A stretch of 64,000 nt of DNA. It comes from Camelus dromedarius (taxonomy: Eukaryota). Location: assembly GCF_036321535.1 (NCBI RefSeq), contig NC_087447.1, forward strand, positions 51,462,001 through 51,526,000, given 5' to 3'. Positions 25,757 to 38,196 of the stretch are shown piece by piece (the first letter of the stretch is position 1; each line of letters starts with the position of its first letter). The translations under genes were made by a program, and so were the position numbers. The notes beneath the pieces were generated by a model, which was not told the DNA's origin, did not search any database, and saw only the letters and a list, made by a program, of their open reading frames with translations.

Positions 25757-27059
25757 TCAATGGATTTTTTTAACTGCCGCCAGCCTGAAACAATTCAATT
25801 AAGAGTAAGGGACTTGTGGAGATTTCTTCTGAAAATGAACTTGGGGCTATCATCCTAGTAGTATGATAAAGTTCCCTCAAGCTAACACATACTCCTCCCC
25901 TACCCTTTTACAAAGAGTTCTATGCACTCAGTTTCCATTTTCTTACCTGTCCCATTTGCTCCAAATCCATCATTATCTGATTTTTATTAGTTAAATTAAA
26001 TGGATGCTTTAGTCTTTGTTTAATTTGGCAGCAAATGACACGAGTGACCACATCTTCCTTCCTGAAACCTGGCCATCCTGTGACATCGTTTTTTTTATTT
26101 CTCCTCTTATTTCTTTGCCCTGTTTTGGATTCATTTGCAGATCCACTTCTGCCCTTTCCTTGAAAATTGGTTCTATTTTAGAATATCACTTCTTCTGAAC
26201 CTAAGTTATTTTATCCATCCCTTTGCTTCAATTTAAGTACACTGTCTCACTGTGCTGGTTACAGATATGCTCAAGTAAGAGAAAACATTAATAAGGGGTC
26301 ACTGTTTTCTAACAGAAACTCTAGACTAACGAGTTACTAGTTTTGGTTTAATGGCTCAACAAATCCACCATACTGAACTTCGTGGAATTCCCAAACATTC
26401 CCTGCTGTTTCTAGCTTCCTGACCTTACCATATGCAATTCCCTCTATCATCAACCCAGCTCTCTTCACCTTCAGAGCTGTTCGGTTGTTGCTCTTTAAGA
26501 AACCATTCTCTTATCCATTCTCTAATTATTCTTTTACCTCATTGGGATTAAGTGCCCCTGCTGAAAGTCCCAAAATGATTCTACTTATGCCTCACACTTT
26601 ATCATAAATGTCTGTTTGATCACCTCTATCCCACGTTAAACAGGCTTGTATCTTCAGCACCTAGGACAGTGCCTAGCACACATAAACTCAATAGACTAGT
26701 TCAATGAACAGATGATGTGGACTTTAAAAAAAAGCTTATTCATAAACATGAACGTATCGTAATCCAAGTAACTGACTGATTAGCAAAGGAATAAATGATA
26801 ATAAACATTTGTTGCTCATACTTAAAGAAGCAGACAGAAAAACAGGTAACAAGTACATAAAAACCACTACAGCAAACATGTAAAACAGAATGTCCATTTT
26901 GGCAATGTGCATTTATGCCAACTAATCAGCTATACCCATGCTACCAATTTATAAAGGGCCAACCATAAATTGGCCTTTATGAATAAGTTTCCTAATATGA
27001 CAAGAGAACAAACTAAGATAAGCAAAAAAATCAACCAAAAAACAAAAAACAAATGACTA

Positions 27060-29371
27060 AATAAATGGTTCTCTTCTGACCTCATTACTAGTCCACCCTA
27101 CTCCCAGCCTCAGGCAACCACTGATCTGCTTTCTGTCACTACAGATTTGTCTTTTCCAGAGTTCCATAAAAATGGAATCGTACAGTTGGTGCTCATTTTC
27201 TCTGGCTTTTTTTTGCTCAGCACAGTATTTTTGAAATTCACTCATGTTTTGCATATATCAGAAGCCCACTCCTTTTTAACATAAGTAGTGTCCCACTGTA
27301 TGACTATATTTGTTTATCCAATTATCTGATAAATGTTCAGGTTATTTCTAATTTGGGGCTATTATAAGCAAAATATCTATAAACATTTGTGCACAAGTCT
27401 TTGTACGGGCATACATTTTTACTTCACTTAGGTAGATTAGAACAGTGGGAAGTAAATGAGCTGTACAGTAGATGTAAGTTTAACTTAATAAGAAATCCCC
27501 AAAAGTTTTGCCAAAGTAGTTGCACCATTTAATCTTTTCACCATAACTGTTTGAGTTCCAGCTGATTCACATCCTCACCAACATCTGAGGTATTGTCAGT
27601 CATTCTAAAAGAACATATATTCTGCCTTGTTGGGTAGTATTCTAGAAGCATCAATAATATCCAGTATGTTGACAATATTGTTCACATCTTCTATACTCTG
27701 ATTTTCTGTCTAGTTGCACTATCAGGATTACGGGGAGAGGAGTGTTTTAAGTTTCCAATTATAACTTCAGATTGTATATGTGTTTTTCAGTTCTGTCAAA
27801 TTTTTGCTTCACATAATTTGAAGCTGTTATTGGGAGAAAAGACAGTATCAGAATTACTGTATCTTCCAGATAAGTTAACTCTTGTCCCATTATATTCCTT
27901 GTCCTGAAGTCTCCATTTTCTGATATTAGTATAGGTGTTCCAGCTTTCATATGATTAGTATATCATTTTCTATCCTTTTTGTAGCATACAGTTGGGTCTT
28001 GCTGTTTTAAACATTCTGACAACCTCTGTCTTTTATTTAATTTTAATTAATTGTAACTTAAATACCACAGGTGGCTAGTGGTGACCAGACTGGAGAGAGC
28101 AGGTTTACGCCAAGTGTTACCAAACTACAACAGCCCAGAGGGCAAATGAAACCTGTCACGAGTTTTTGTACAGCCCATGAAATAAGAATGGTTTTACCTT
28201 GGGGGTGTGTAAGTTAAGAGTTGGTGGTTTAAAAAAAAATTCAAGGAAAAACAGTATTTTGTAACACATGACAATTACAAGAAATTCAAATTTCAGTGTC
28301 TATATAAATAAAGTTTTAATGGAACACAGTCTTACTTATTCATTTATGTAATGTCTATGTTTACTTTCATTCACACTACACTGGCGAAACTGAACAGTTT
28401 CAACAGATACTGTACTGACCACGAAGTTTAAAATACTCTTTAATATTTGGCTTTTTAAAGAAATGTACAAAACCCTGATAAAAACCATTTATATTTAATG
28501 TAATTATTGGTATAACTGAATTTAAATCTAAAAATCCTACCATTTATCGTCTATCCCAACATTTCTTTGTTCCCTTCTTCTGTTTTGTCTTCTTTTGGAT
28601 TAAGTGGGCAAAATTTAGCATTTCATTTCATACCTACTATTAGCAACTTAAGCAGACTTCCTTGTTTTAATATTTAGTGGTTGCTCTAGGTTTTACAACG
28701 TGATTCTTTAAATCAACACAATGTACCATCAAATGCTTTTCTCTCTCATCATACAAAACGTGAACACGTCTTACCCTTACAGCACCAAAGTAATGCCATT
28801 TCCTGGCTCTCATCCTTAATACTATGGTTGTCATATATTTTACTTCTATATACGTTGTAAGACTTACAATATATTATGACTTTGGCTTTAAACAATTACC
28901 TTTTAAAAAGATGTTTAAAATTAAGGAAAATGTTATTTTATATTGACATATTCATCATTTCTTGCACTGATCTACTCCTTGTCTACACCTAACCTTTCAT
29001 CCGACATTTACCCTCCATCTGAAGCTGTTTCGTATAGTATATGTCAAATAGCTAGCAACAAATTCTTGGATTTTGTCTGAAAAGGTTTTTACTTCACCCC
29101 GTTTCAAAGGATATTTTCTTGAATACGTAATTTTTTCATTCAGTATATTTTAAATGTTTCAATATCTCCTAATTTGCATAGATTCTGAACAAGAAAAACA
29201 AACTGTTTCTCTGTATATAATATGTCTTTTTCTTTAGTTCAGTTCAAAATATTCTCTGGTTTTTAGGAATTGATTATGTGTAGGTATTTTTATGTGTGTC
29301 TGCCCTGCTTTGAATCTGTTGAGATTATTGGTCCCTGTGAGTTTATAATTCTAATCAAATTAGGAAACTTT
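27060..29371 (-). mobile_element. Old L1 (L1MC/ME-like) fragments with MER3-like (about 28030-28105) and MER58B-like (about 28110-28477) insertions
   Basis: CAGGCAACCACTGATCTGCTTTCTGTCACTACAGATT (3' UTR), decayed endonuclease and ORF1 segments, and AAATTCAAATTTCAGTGTC...AATAAAGTTTTAATGGAACACAG (MER58B). Confidence 0.7.
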
Positions 29372-30910
29372 TTTCTGTTGAAGTATAGTTGATTTAGAAT
29401 GTTGGGTTAGTTTCCATTGAACATCAAAGTGATTCAGTTATATATGTATCTTGTGTACTGTATCTTTTTGAATTAGAGTTTTCTCTGGATATGTGCCCAG
29501 GAATGGGATTACTGGATCGTAGGTAACTCTATTAATAGTTTTTTAAAGAACCTCCATACTGTTCTCCACATTGGCTGCACCAATTTACATTCCCACCAAC
29601 ATTGTAGGAGGGTTCTTTTTCCCACACATTCTCTCCAGTATTTCTTACTTGTAGACTTTTTCACAACGGCCATTCGGACTGCTGTGAGGTGATACCTCAC
29701 TGTAGTTTCGATTTGCATTTCTCTAATAATTAGTGATGTTGAGCATCTTTTCATGTGCCTTTCTTCTTTGGAGAAATGTCAATTTAGATCTTCTGCCCGT
29801 CTTTGCATTGTGTTGTTTTGTTTTTGTTTTCTGTTATTGAGTTGCATGAGCTATTTGTATATTTTGGAAATTTATTCCTTGCCAGTTTAATTGTTTGCAA
29901 ATATTTCCCATTTTGTAGGTGGTTTTCTCGTTTTGTTTATAATTTCTTTGCTATGCAAAAGCTTTTAAGTTTAATTCGGTTGTTTTTTTTTTTTCTATTA
30001 CTCCAAGAGACAGATCCAAAAAGTATTGCTGTTATTTATGTCAAACGTGTTCTATGTTTTCCTCTAAGAGTTTTATAGTATCCAGTCTTACATTTAAGCC
30101 TTTAATCCATCTGGAGTATATTTTGGTATACAGTGTTAGAGAATGTTCTGATTTCATTCCTTTACATGTAGCTGTCCAGTTTTCCCAGCACCATTTATTG
30201 AAAAGACTGTCTTTTCTCCATTGTATATTCTTGCCTCCTTTGTCATAGATTAATTGGCCATAAATGCATGGATTTCTTTCTGGGCTTTCTATCCTGTTCC
30301 GCTAATCTATATGTCTGTTTTTGTTCCAGTAACATGCTGTTTTGATTACTGTGGCTTTGTAATATCGTCTGAAGTCAGGGGACATGAAACCTCCAACTCA
30401 AAAATTCTTCTTTCTTAAGATTGCTTTGGCTATTCAAGGTCTTTTGTGTTTCCACACAAATTTCAAAAATGCCATTGTTAATTTGACTGGGACTGCACTG
30501 AATCAGTAGACTGACTTGGGCAGTTTGGTTATTTTACCAATATTGATTCTTCTAATCCAAGGACATGGTATATTTTTCAAACTGTTTTTGATATCTTCAA
30601 ATTCTTTCATCAGTTACTTATAACAGTCTTCAGAGTACAGTCTTTTACTTCCTTAGGTACATTTATTCCTAGGTAGTTCATTCTTTTTGTCGTGATAGTA
30701 AATGGATTTCTTTCCTTAATTTCTCTCTCTGGTATTTCATTGTTAGCGTACAGAAATGCAACAGATTTTTGTGTATTAATTTTATATTCTGCAACTTTAC
30801 CAAATCCACTGAGCTCTAGTAGTTTTCTGATCACTTCTTTAGGATTTCTATGTATCTTGGCATCTGCAAACAGTCGCAGTTTTACTACTTCTTTTCCAAT
30901 TTGGATTCCA

Positions 30911-30911
30911 T

Positions 30912-30982
<71 letters not shown>
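30911..30982. repeat. (TTTA)18 microsatellite
   Basis: 72 nt of uninterrupted TTTA forming the SINE tail. Confidence 0.95.
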
Positions 30983-31064
30983 TTTTCTAATGTATGGAGG
31001 TACTGGGGATTGAACCCAGGACCTCGTACATCCTAAGCATGCACCATTGAGCTATACCTACCCC
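30918..31064 (-). mobile_element. Vic-1-like SINE in L1 ORF2
   Basis: GGAGGTACTGGGGATTGAACCCAGGACCTCG...GAGCTATACC. 16-bp TSD TGGATTCC(A/T)TTTATTT at 30902-30917 and 31065-31080. Confidence 0.9.
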
Positions 31065-33049
31065 TGGATTCCTTTTATTTCTGTTTCTTCTATAATTGTT
31101 GTGGCTAGGACTAACAAAAACATGTTGAATAAAGTAGTAAGAGTGGGCAACCTTGCCTTGTTCTTGATCTTAAAGAAAATGCTTTCAGCTTTCCATTGAG
31201 GTATGTTCCCTCTATGCCTACTTCCTGGAGAGTTTTTTATCATAAATGGATGTTAAATTTTATCAAAACCTTTTTCTCCATCTACTGAGATGATCACAAG
31301 GTTCTGATTCTTCAACTCGTTCATGTTGTGTATCAATCACACTGATTTGCAGATACTGAAAAATCCTTGCATCTCTGGGATAAATCCCACTTGATTATGG
31401 TGTACGATCCTTTTAACGGACTGTTGGGAGTTGATTTGCTAGTATTTTGTTGAGGATTTTTTCCACCTGTATTCATAAGTGATATTGGCCTGTAATTATC
31501 TTTTTTGTGCTATCTTTGTCTGGTTTTGGTATTGCCAGGGTTATGGTGGCCTCCTAGAATGAATTCAGAAGTGTTTCTTCCTCTGCAAATTTTTGCAATA
31601 GTTTGAGAAGAATAGCTGTTAACTCTTCTCTAAATGTTTGGTAGAACTCACCTGTGAAGCCATCTGGTCCTGGACTTTTGTTTGGGAATTTTTAAATTAC
31701 AGATTCAATTTTATTACTGGTAATTGGTCTGTTCATATTTTCTAGCTCTTTCTGGTACAGTCTTGGAAGACTGAACCTTTCTAAGAACTTGTCCATTTCT
31801 TCTAGGATGTCCATTTGACTGCTGTATAGTTTCTTATGGTCCTTTGTATTTCTCTGGTGTTGGCTGTAATTTCTCATTTTCCATTTCTGATTTTACTGAT
31901 TTAGGCCATCTCCCTTTTTTTCTTGATGAGTTTGGCTAAAGGCTTTATTTATCTTTTCAAAAAATCAGCTTTTAGATTCACTGATCTTTTCTATTGTTTT
32001 TCTAGTCTCTATAGCATTTTTGCTCTTGTGATTTCTTTCCTTCTACTAACTGTGGGTTTTGTTTATTCTTCTTTCTGTAGTTGCTTTAGGTGTAAAGTTA
32101 GGTTGTTTGAGATTTTTCTTATTTCTTGAGGTAAGCTTGTATAGCTAGCTTTAAACTTCACTCTTAGAACTGGTTTTGCTGTGTCCTATGGATTGTGGAT
32201 CATCATGCTTTCATTTTCATTTGTCTCTAGGTATTTTTAAATTTCCTCTTTGATTTCTTCAGTGATCCACTGTTTAGTAGCATATTGTTTAGTCTCCACA
32301 TGTTTCTGTTCCTTTGCAGTTTTTTTCTCTTGTAGTTGACTTCTAATTTCATAATGTTGTGGTCAAAAAAGATGCTTGATCTGATTTCAATTTTCTTAAA
32401 TTTACGGAGGCTTGCTTTGTGGCCGAGCAGGTGATCTCTCCTGAAGAATGTTCCATGTACACTTGGAAAGAATGTGAACTCCACTGCTTTCGAATGGAAG
32501 GCTCCATAAAAATCAATTAAGTCCATTTGGACTAATGTATCATTTAAGGCTGTGTTTCCTGTCTGGATTATCTGTCCACGGATGTAAGTGAGGTTTTAAA
32601 GTCCCCCATTATTACAGTGCTGTCAATTTCTCCTTTTATGTCTATTAACATTTGTCTTACACATTGAGGTGTTCCTATGTTGGGTGCATATATACTTACA
32701 ATTATTATGTTTTTCTTGGACTGATTCCTCGATAATTATGTGGTGTCCTTCTTTGTCTCTTGTAAGTCTTTATTTTAAAATCTCTTGTCTAAATGTAAGT
32801 ATTGCTACTCTAGATTTCTTTTGTTTTCCAGTTGTGTGGAGTAACCTTTTCCATCCTCTCACTTTCAGTCTGTATGCCTCTAGATCTGAAGGAGGTCTCT
32901 TGTAGACAGCAGATATATGGACCTTGTTTTTGTATCCATTCAGCCAGTCCATGTCTTTTGGTTGGAGCATTTAATGCATTTACAGCTAAGGTAATTATCA
33001 ATATGGATGTTCTTACTGTCATTTTCTTAATCGTTTTGGACTTTTTTGT

Positions 33050-33570
33050 TTGTTTTTTCATTTTTAATAGACTTTATTCTTTTAGAGCAGTTTTTGGTTC
33101 ACAGTAGAATTGAGCAGAAAATACACAGAGTTCACACATAGCACTCCCCACACACACATATATAATCTACCTTCAACATCCCTCATCAGTGTGGCATATT
33201 TGGTACAATCGATGAACCAACATGGGCACATTATTATCAACCAAACTCCATAGTTTACACTAGTATTCACTCTTGATGTTGTACATTCTGTGGGTTTTGA
33301 CAAATGCATAATGACACATAGCCACCACTATAGTATCATACAGAATAATTTCATCGCCCTAAGAATCCCTTCTGTTCCATCTATTCATTCCTCCTTCCCT
33401 CCCTCTCCTCAAACCCCTGGAAACCACAATCTTTTTATTGTTTCTGTAGCTGTGCCTCTTCCAGATGTCATTTGGTTGGAATCATAGTTTGTAGCCTTTT
33501 CAGACTGGCTTCTTTCATTTAGTAATATGTCTTTTGAGTTTCTTTCATATCTTTCATGGCCTGAAAAATC
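33050..33570 (-). mobile_element. L1MC1-like 3' UTR inside the younger L1
   Basis: TTTAATAGACTTTATTCTTTTAGAGCAGTTTTTGGTTCACAGTAGAATTGAGCAGAAAATACACAGAGTTC...GTAGCCTTTTCAGACTGGCTTCTTTCATTTAGTAATATG. Confidence 0.8.
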
Positions 33571-33889
33571 TTTTTCTTTTTTTTTTTACTGCACATGTAT
33601 TTTAATATCTACATATATGTACTGTTGATTGTTTCTAAGAACATTTAGAGCTTTAGCTTTTTAAACTTACATAGTTATCAAAGGAATAAAGCCAACCACA
33701 AAATAAGAATTAATTCAAAAAGATATATACATCCTGCTATTAACAGCATAGAGAATGAAGATGCAGCATATATATAAATATGCAATGGAATACAACTCAC
33801 CCATAAAAAAGGATATTTTGCTATTTGCGGCCCTTCATTCACTTTTTTTTTTCACTTCAAAAATGAGAATTTTATAACTGGCAGAGACA

Positions 33890-34166
33890 TTTCCATTACA
33901 TCAAAAACAACAAAATACCAAGAAATAGGCAACCAAGGAAGTTACCTATTCTCCAAAAACTGAAATGACACAAAGAAATGGAAAGATTTCTTGTGCTCTT
34001 GGATTGGAAGAACCAACACTATCAAAATGGCCACAGTACACAAAGCAATCCACAGATACAACACAACCCTCATCAAAATACTCACAACATTCCTCACAGA
34101 ACTAGGACAAACAATTCCAAAATTTATAAGAAATCACAAAAGACCCTGAACAGCCAAAGAAATCTT
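33890..34166 (+). mobile_element. Inverted L1 ORF2 fragment
   Basis: AAATGGAAAGATTTCTTGTGCTCTTGGATTGGAAGAA...AAAAGACCCTGAACAGCCAAAGAAATCTT. Confidence 0.8.
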
Positions 34167-36043
34167 CTGTAGGTCTCTCTTTTTTTCTCTCCCTTTCTTT
34201 TTGTTCTCTTTTCTTTTCTCTCTGTTCTCTTTTGATGACTCGAGAAGGTTCTTTAACATTTGTTATAAACCTTGTTTGGTGGTGCTGAAATCTTTTAGCT
34301 TTTGTTTATCTGTGAAGCTTCTGATTTCTCCATCAAGTCTGAATGAGAGCCTTGCTGGATAGAGTATTCTTGGTTGTAAGTTTTCCCCTTTCATCACTTT
34401 AAATATATCGAGCCACTCCCTTCTGGCCTGTAGTTTCTGCTAAAAAATCAGCTGATAACCTTACGGGAGTTCCCTCGTATGTTATATATATGTTGCTTTT
34501 ATCTTGCTAATTTCAATATTTTCTCCTTATCCTTAATTGTTGTCATTTTGATGACTATGTGCCTTGGTGTGGTACTCTACAATTCCTGGACTTGGGTAAC
34601 TGTTTCCTTTCTCAAGTTGGGGAATTTTTCAGTGATTATCTCTCCAAAAATTTTCTCAGGTCCTTTCTCTTTTTCTTCTCTTTCTGGGACCCTATAATGT
34701 GAATATTAGTGCCTTCATGTTGTCCCATAGTTCTCTTAAACTATCCTTATTCTTTTCATTCCTTTTTTTTTTTTCTGTTCTGCAGTAATGATTTCCACTA
34801 ATCTGTCTTCAAGCTCACTGATCCATTCTGCCTCATTTAGTCTATTCCTGGTTCCTTCTAGTGTATTGTTCATTTCAGTGACCTTATTCTTCAACTCTGT
34901 TTTTGGTGTTCTTTATATTTTCCAACTCTTTGCTAATAACTTTGCACTGTGCATCTATATTCCTCTTGAGTTCTCTGAATACCTTGGCCATCATTACTCT
35001 CAACTCTTTCTCAGATAAACTGCCTATCTCCTCATCACTTATTTCTTCTTCTGGGATTTTATCTTGTGCCTTGGCCTGGAAGATATCCTTTTGCCACCTC
35101 ATTATCGTCTATCTTTCTGTGTTTGTGGATTCCTTCTACAGGCTTTGGGATTACTGTTATCTTATTTCTAGTATCTGCCCTGGTGGATGAGGCTGAACTA
35201 GAGGCTTACACAGGTTTCCTGGCAGGAGGAGCCGGTGCCTGCCCACTGCTGGTGAAGCTTGGCCTGGATCTCTGGTGGGTAGGGCTGTGTCTAGAGGCCT
35301 TTGTGGCTTAGGAAGTCTGCTGATGGGTGCGGCTGTGTCCCCACCCTGTATGTTGTTTGGCCTGAGGCTTCCCTACAGGCTGTTGGGTGGGGCTAGGTCT
35401 TGGTGCTAATGATCCAATCAAGATGTCAGCCTCCAGGAAAGCTCATGTAGGTTAGCACTCCCAGAATGTCCGCCACCAGCTTTTATGTCCCCGGAGTGAG
35501 TTGCAGCCATCACCCCCATCCCCAGGATACCCTCCAAATCCAGTAGGCAGGTCTATCTCAGGTTCCTATGAAATCACCACCTCTGCCCTTGGACCTGGTG
35601 CATGTGTGAGTTTCCGTGAATGCTTCCCAAGTGAATGAAGTCTCCGTTTCCCCTAGTCCTGTGAGGCTCCCAGAGCCAAGTCTACCTGGCCTTCAAAACC
35701 AGATGTCGTTTGAGGTCTCCTTCTCTTCCCAATGCCAGAACCTAAGCTGGGTAGCCTGATGTGGGGCTTAGAGCTCTCTCACTCCTGTGGGAGGGCCTCT
35801 GCAACTAACAAATCTTCAGCTTTTTGATTGCCCACCCAAGGGGCATGGGGCTCAATTATATCACGAGCACGCCCCTCCTACCATCCTGCTGTGGTTCCCT
35901 CTTTATGTTTCCAGCTGCAGAAGATCCTTTTTGCCAGGTTCGTCTTTTTTCGATGGTTGTCTAGCATTCAGTTGTGGTTTCGTTGTAGTCGTGAAGAGAG
36001 GCAAACTCGTGTTCCTACCACTCTGCTATTTTGACCAGAAATC
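34167..36043 (-). mobile_element. Second L1 5' UTR plus ORF1 (3'-truncated)
   Basis: ORF1 N-terminus MRWQKDIFQAKAQDKIPEEEISDEEIGSLSEKELRVMM at 35102. Own 5' end GATTTCTGGTCAAAATAGCAGAG at about 36043. Collinear with 36430-38595. Confidence 0.85.
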
Positions 36044-36137
36044 TTTTGAATTTGTTTTTTTAGGTTCCCCCCAACACCACTCTTCTTTTGCTGTCTTCTT
36101 TTACGATATGACTACTTCTAGTGGTATGTTTGAATTC

Positions 36138-36161
<24 letters not shown>
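36138..36161. repeat. (GT)12 microsatellite
   Basis: Direct reading; followed by ATGTGTATGTGT. Confidence 0.95.
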
Positions 36162-36175
<14 letters not shown>

Positions 36176-38072
36176 TACAGATTTTTGGTTTGCGATTACC
36201 ATGAGGTTTTGACGTAGCAGTCTGTAATATATACAAGATTGTTTTAAGTTGCTGATCTATTCATTTCTAATGCCTTATTGTGGATACAGAAGATTTTTAT
36301 TACTTTTGTCTTTTAACCTCTCAACTAGTTTGTGTGTGGATGATTTCCTATCTTTACTGTATTTTGCCTTTACCTGTGAGCTTCTTCATTATGTAATTTT
36401 GTTTCTAGTTGTGGCTTTTCCTTTTCTGCCTAGAGAAGTTCCTTATAGCATTTGTTGTAAAGCTGGTTTGGTGGTGAATTCTTTTAGCTTTTATTTGTCT
36501 ATAAATCTTTTGACTTCTCCATCAAGTCTGAATGAGAGCCTTGCTGGGCAGAGCATTCTTAGTTCTAGGTTTTCCCCTTTCACCACTTTAAATATATCAT
36601 GCCACCCACTTCTGGCCTGTAGAGTTCCTACTGAAAAATCACCTGATAGCCTAATGGAAGTCCCTTTTTATGTCATTTGTTGCTTTTACTTTGTTGCTTT
36701 TTAAATTTTCTCTTTATCTTTAATTTTTATCAATTTGATTACTATGTATCTTGGTGTGTTCCTGTTTGGGTTAATCCTATATGATACTCTGTGCTTCCTG
36801 GATTGGGTGACTGTTTCCTTTTCCAGGTTAGAGTATTTGTCAGCTATTGTCTCTTCAAATATTTTCTCAGGTCCTTTCTCTCTCTCGTCTCTTTCTGGGA
36901 TCCCTATAATGCAAATGTTAGTGCACTTGGTATATCCCAGTGGTCTCTTAAACTGTCCTCATTTATTTTCATTCTTTTTTATTTTGTTCTGCAGCAGTGA
37001 TTTCCACTACTGTGTCTTCCAGCTCACTGGTCTGTCTTTCTGCCTCATTTATTCTACTACTGATTCCTTCCAGTGTATTTTTCATTTCAGTTATTGTATT
37101 CTTAAATTCCATTTGGTTGTTCTGTTATTTTTTAGCTCTTTGTTAAAAACTTCTAACTTCTTGATCTGTGCATTCATTCTTCTCCCAAGTTTTTGGACCA
37201 TCTTTATGATCATTACTCTGAACCCTTTCTTGTGTAGACTGCCTGTCTCTACTTCACTTAGCTGTTCTTCTGAGGTTTTATCTTATTCCTTCAACTGGAA
37301 CATATTCTGCTGCCACCTCATTTGTCTACATTTCTATTTGTATTTCTATGTCTGTGATAGTTAAGTTACATTTCTTGACCTCTGAGAAGTGGCCCTCCGT
37401 AGGGGATGTTCTGTGTGTCCGAGGAGAACACTTCCTCTCATTACCAAGGGCCAGAAGCCAGCTGGTCCCAGGGTAGATGTGTGGCTTGCACTTGCGGACT
37501 TGGTTCTGCAGGCTATAGGATCATAGTTTTCTTGCTTCTGGTGTCTGGCCCCTGGTGGGTGAGGCTGGTCTAAGAGGCCTGTGCAGGCTTACTGGCAGGA
37601 GGGTCTGGTATCTGCCCACTGGTGGGTGAGCTGGGTCTTGGCCCTCTGGTAGGCAGGGCCATATTTAGAGGTGAGTCTAGAAGCATCTTTGGGCTTAGGA
37701 AGTCTTTAGGTTGCTGACTTGCAGATGGGTGGGGCTGTGTTTTCGTCCAATTAGTTGTTTGCCATGAGGCATCCCAGCACTGGAGCCTATAGGCTATTAG
37801 TGTACCCAGTCTTGGTGCTAAGGACCCAAGCAAGATGTCAGGCTCAAGGTGAGTTCATGCTAATGAATATTCTGATACATCCTCCACCAGTTTTTATGTC
37901 CCCTACTAGTTTTTATGTCCCTAGGGTAAGAAGCCACAGCTGCCCCTGCCTCCCCAGGAAACCTTCCAACACCAGCAGGTAGGTATGGCCCAGGCTCCTA
38001 TGAAGTTGCTGCTTTTCACCTTGGTCCCAGTGCATGTGAGATTTTGTGTGTGCCCTTTAAGAGTGAAGTGTC

Positions 38073-38196
38073 GGTGGGGAGGATATTAGCTCAGTGGAAG
38101 TGTGTGCCCTTAGCATGCACAAAGTCCTAGGTTCAATCTCTAGTACCTGTGTTAAAACAAGTAAGTAAATAAACCTAATTACCCCCTCCCAAAAAA
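38073..38196 (+). mobile_element. Vic-1-like SINE in the L1 5' UTR
   Basis: GGGGAGGATATTAGCTCAGTGG...GGTTCAATCTCTAGTACC. TSD AAGAGTGAAGT at 38059-38069 and 38197-38207. Confidence 0.88.

Noticed and set aside
26951..26980. 11-bp hairpin ATAAAGGGCCAA / TTGGCCTTTAT
   Set aside because: Short, bulged and within chance expectation; no RNA-gene motifs.
29509..33061. L1 ORF2 peptides as an active retrotransposon gene
   Set aside because: Broken by many stops, frameshifts, deletions and a SINE insertion.
35787..37364. Plus-strand ORFs of 141, 151 and 209 aa
   Set aside because: Antisense readings of L1 ORF1 and 5' UTR. The hydrophobic composition comes from the T-rich strand.
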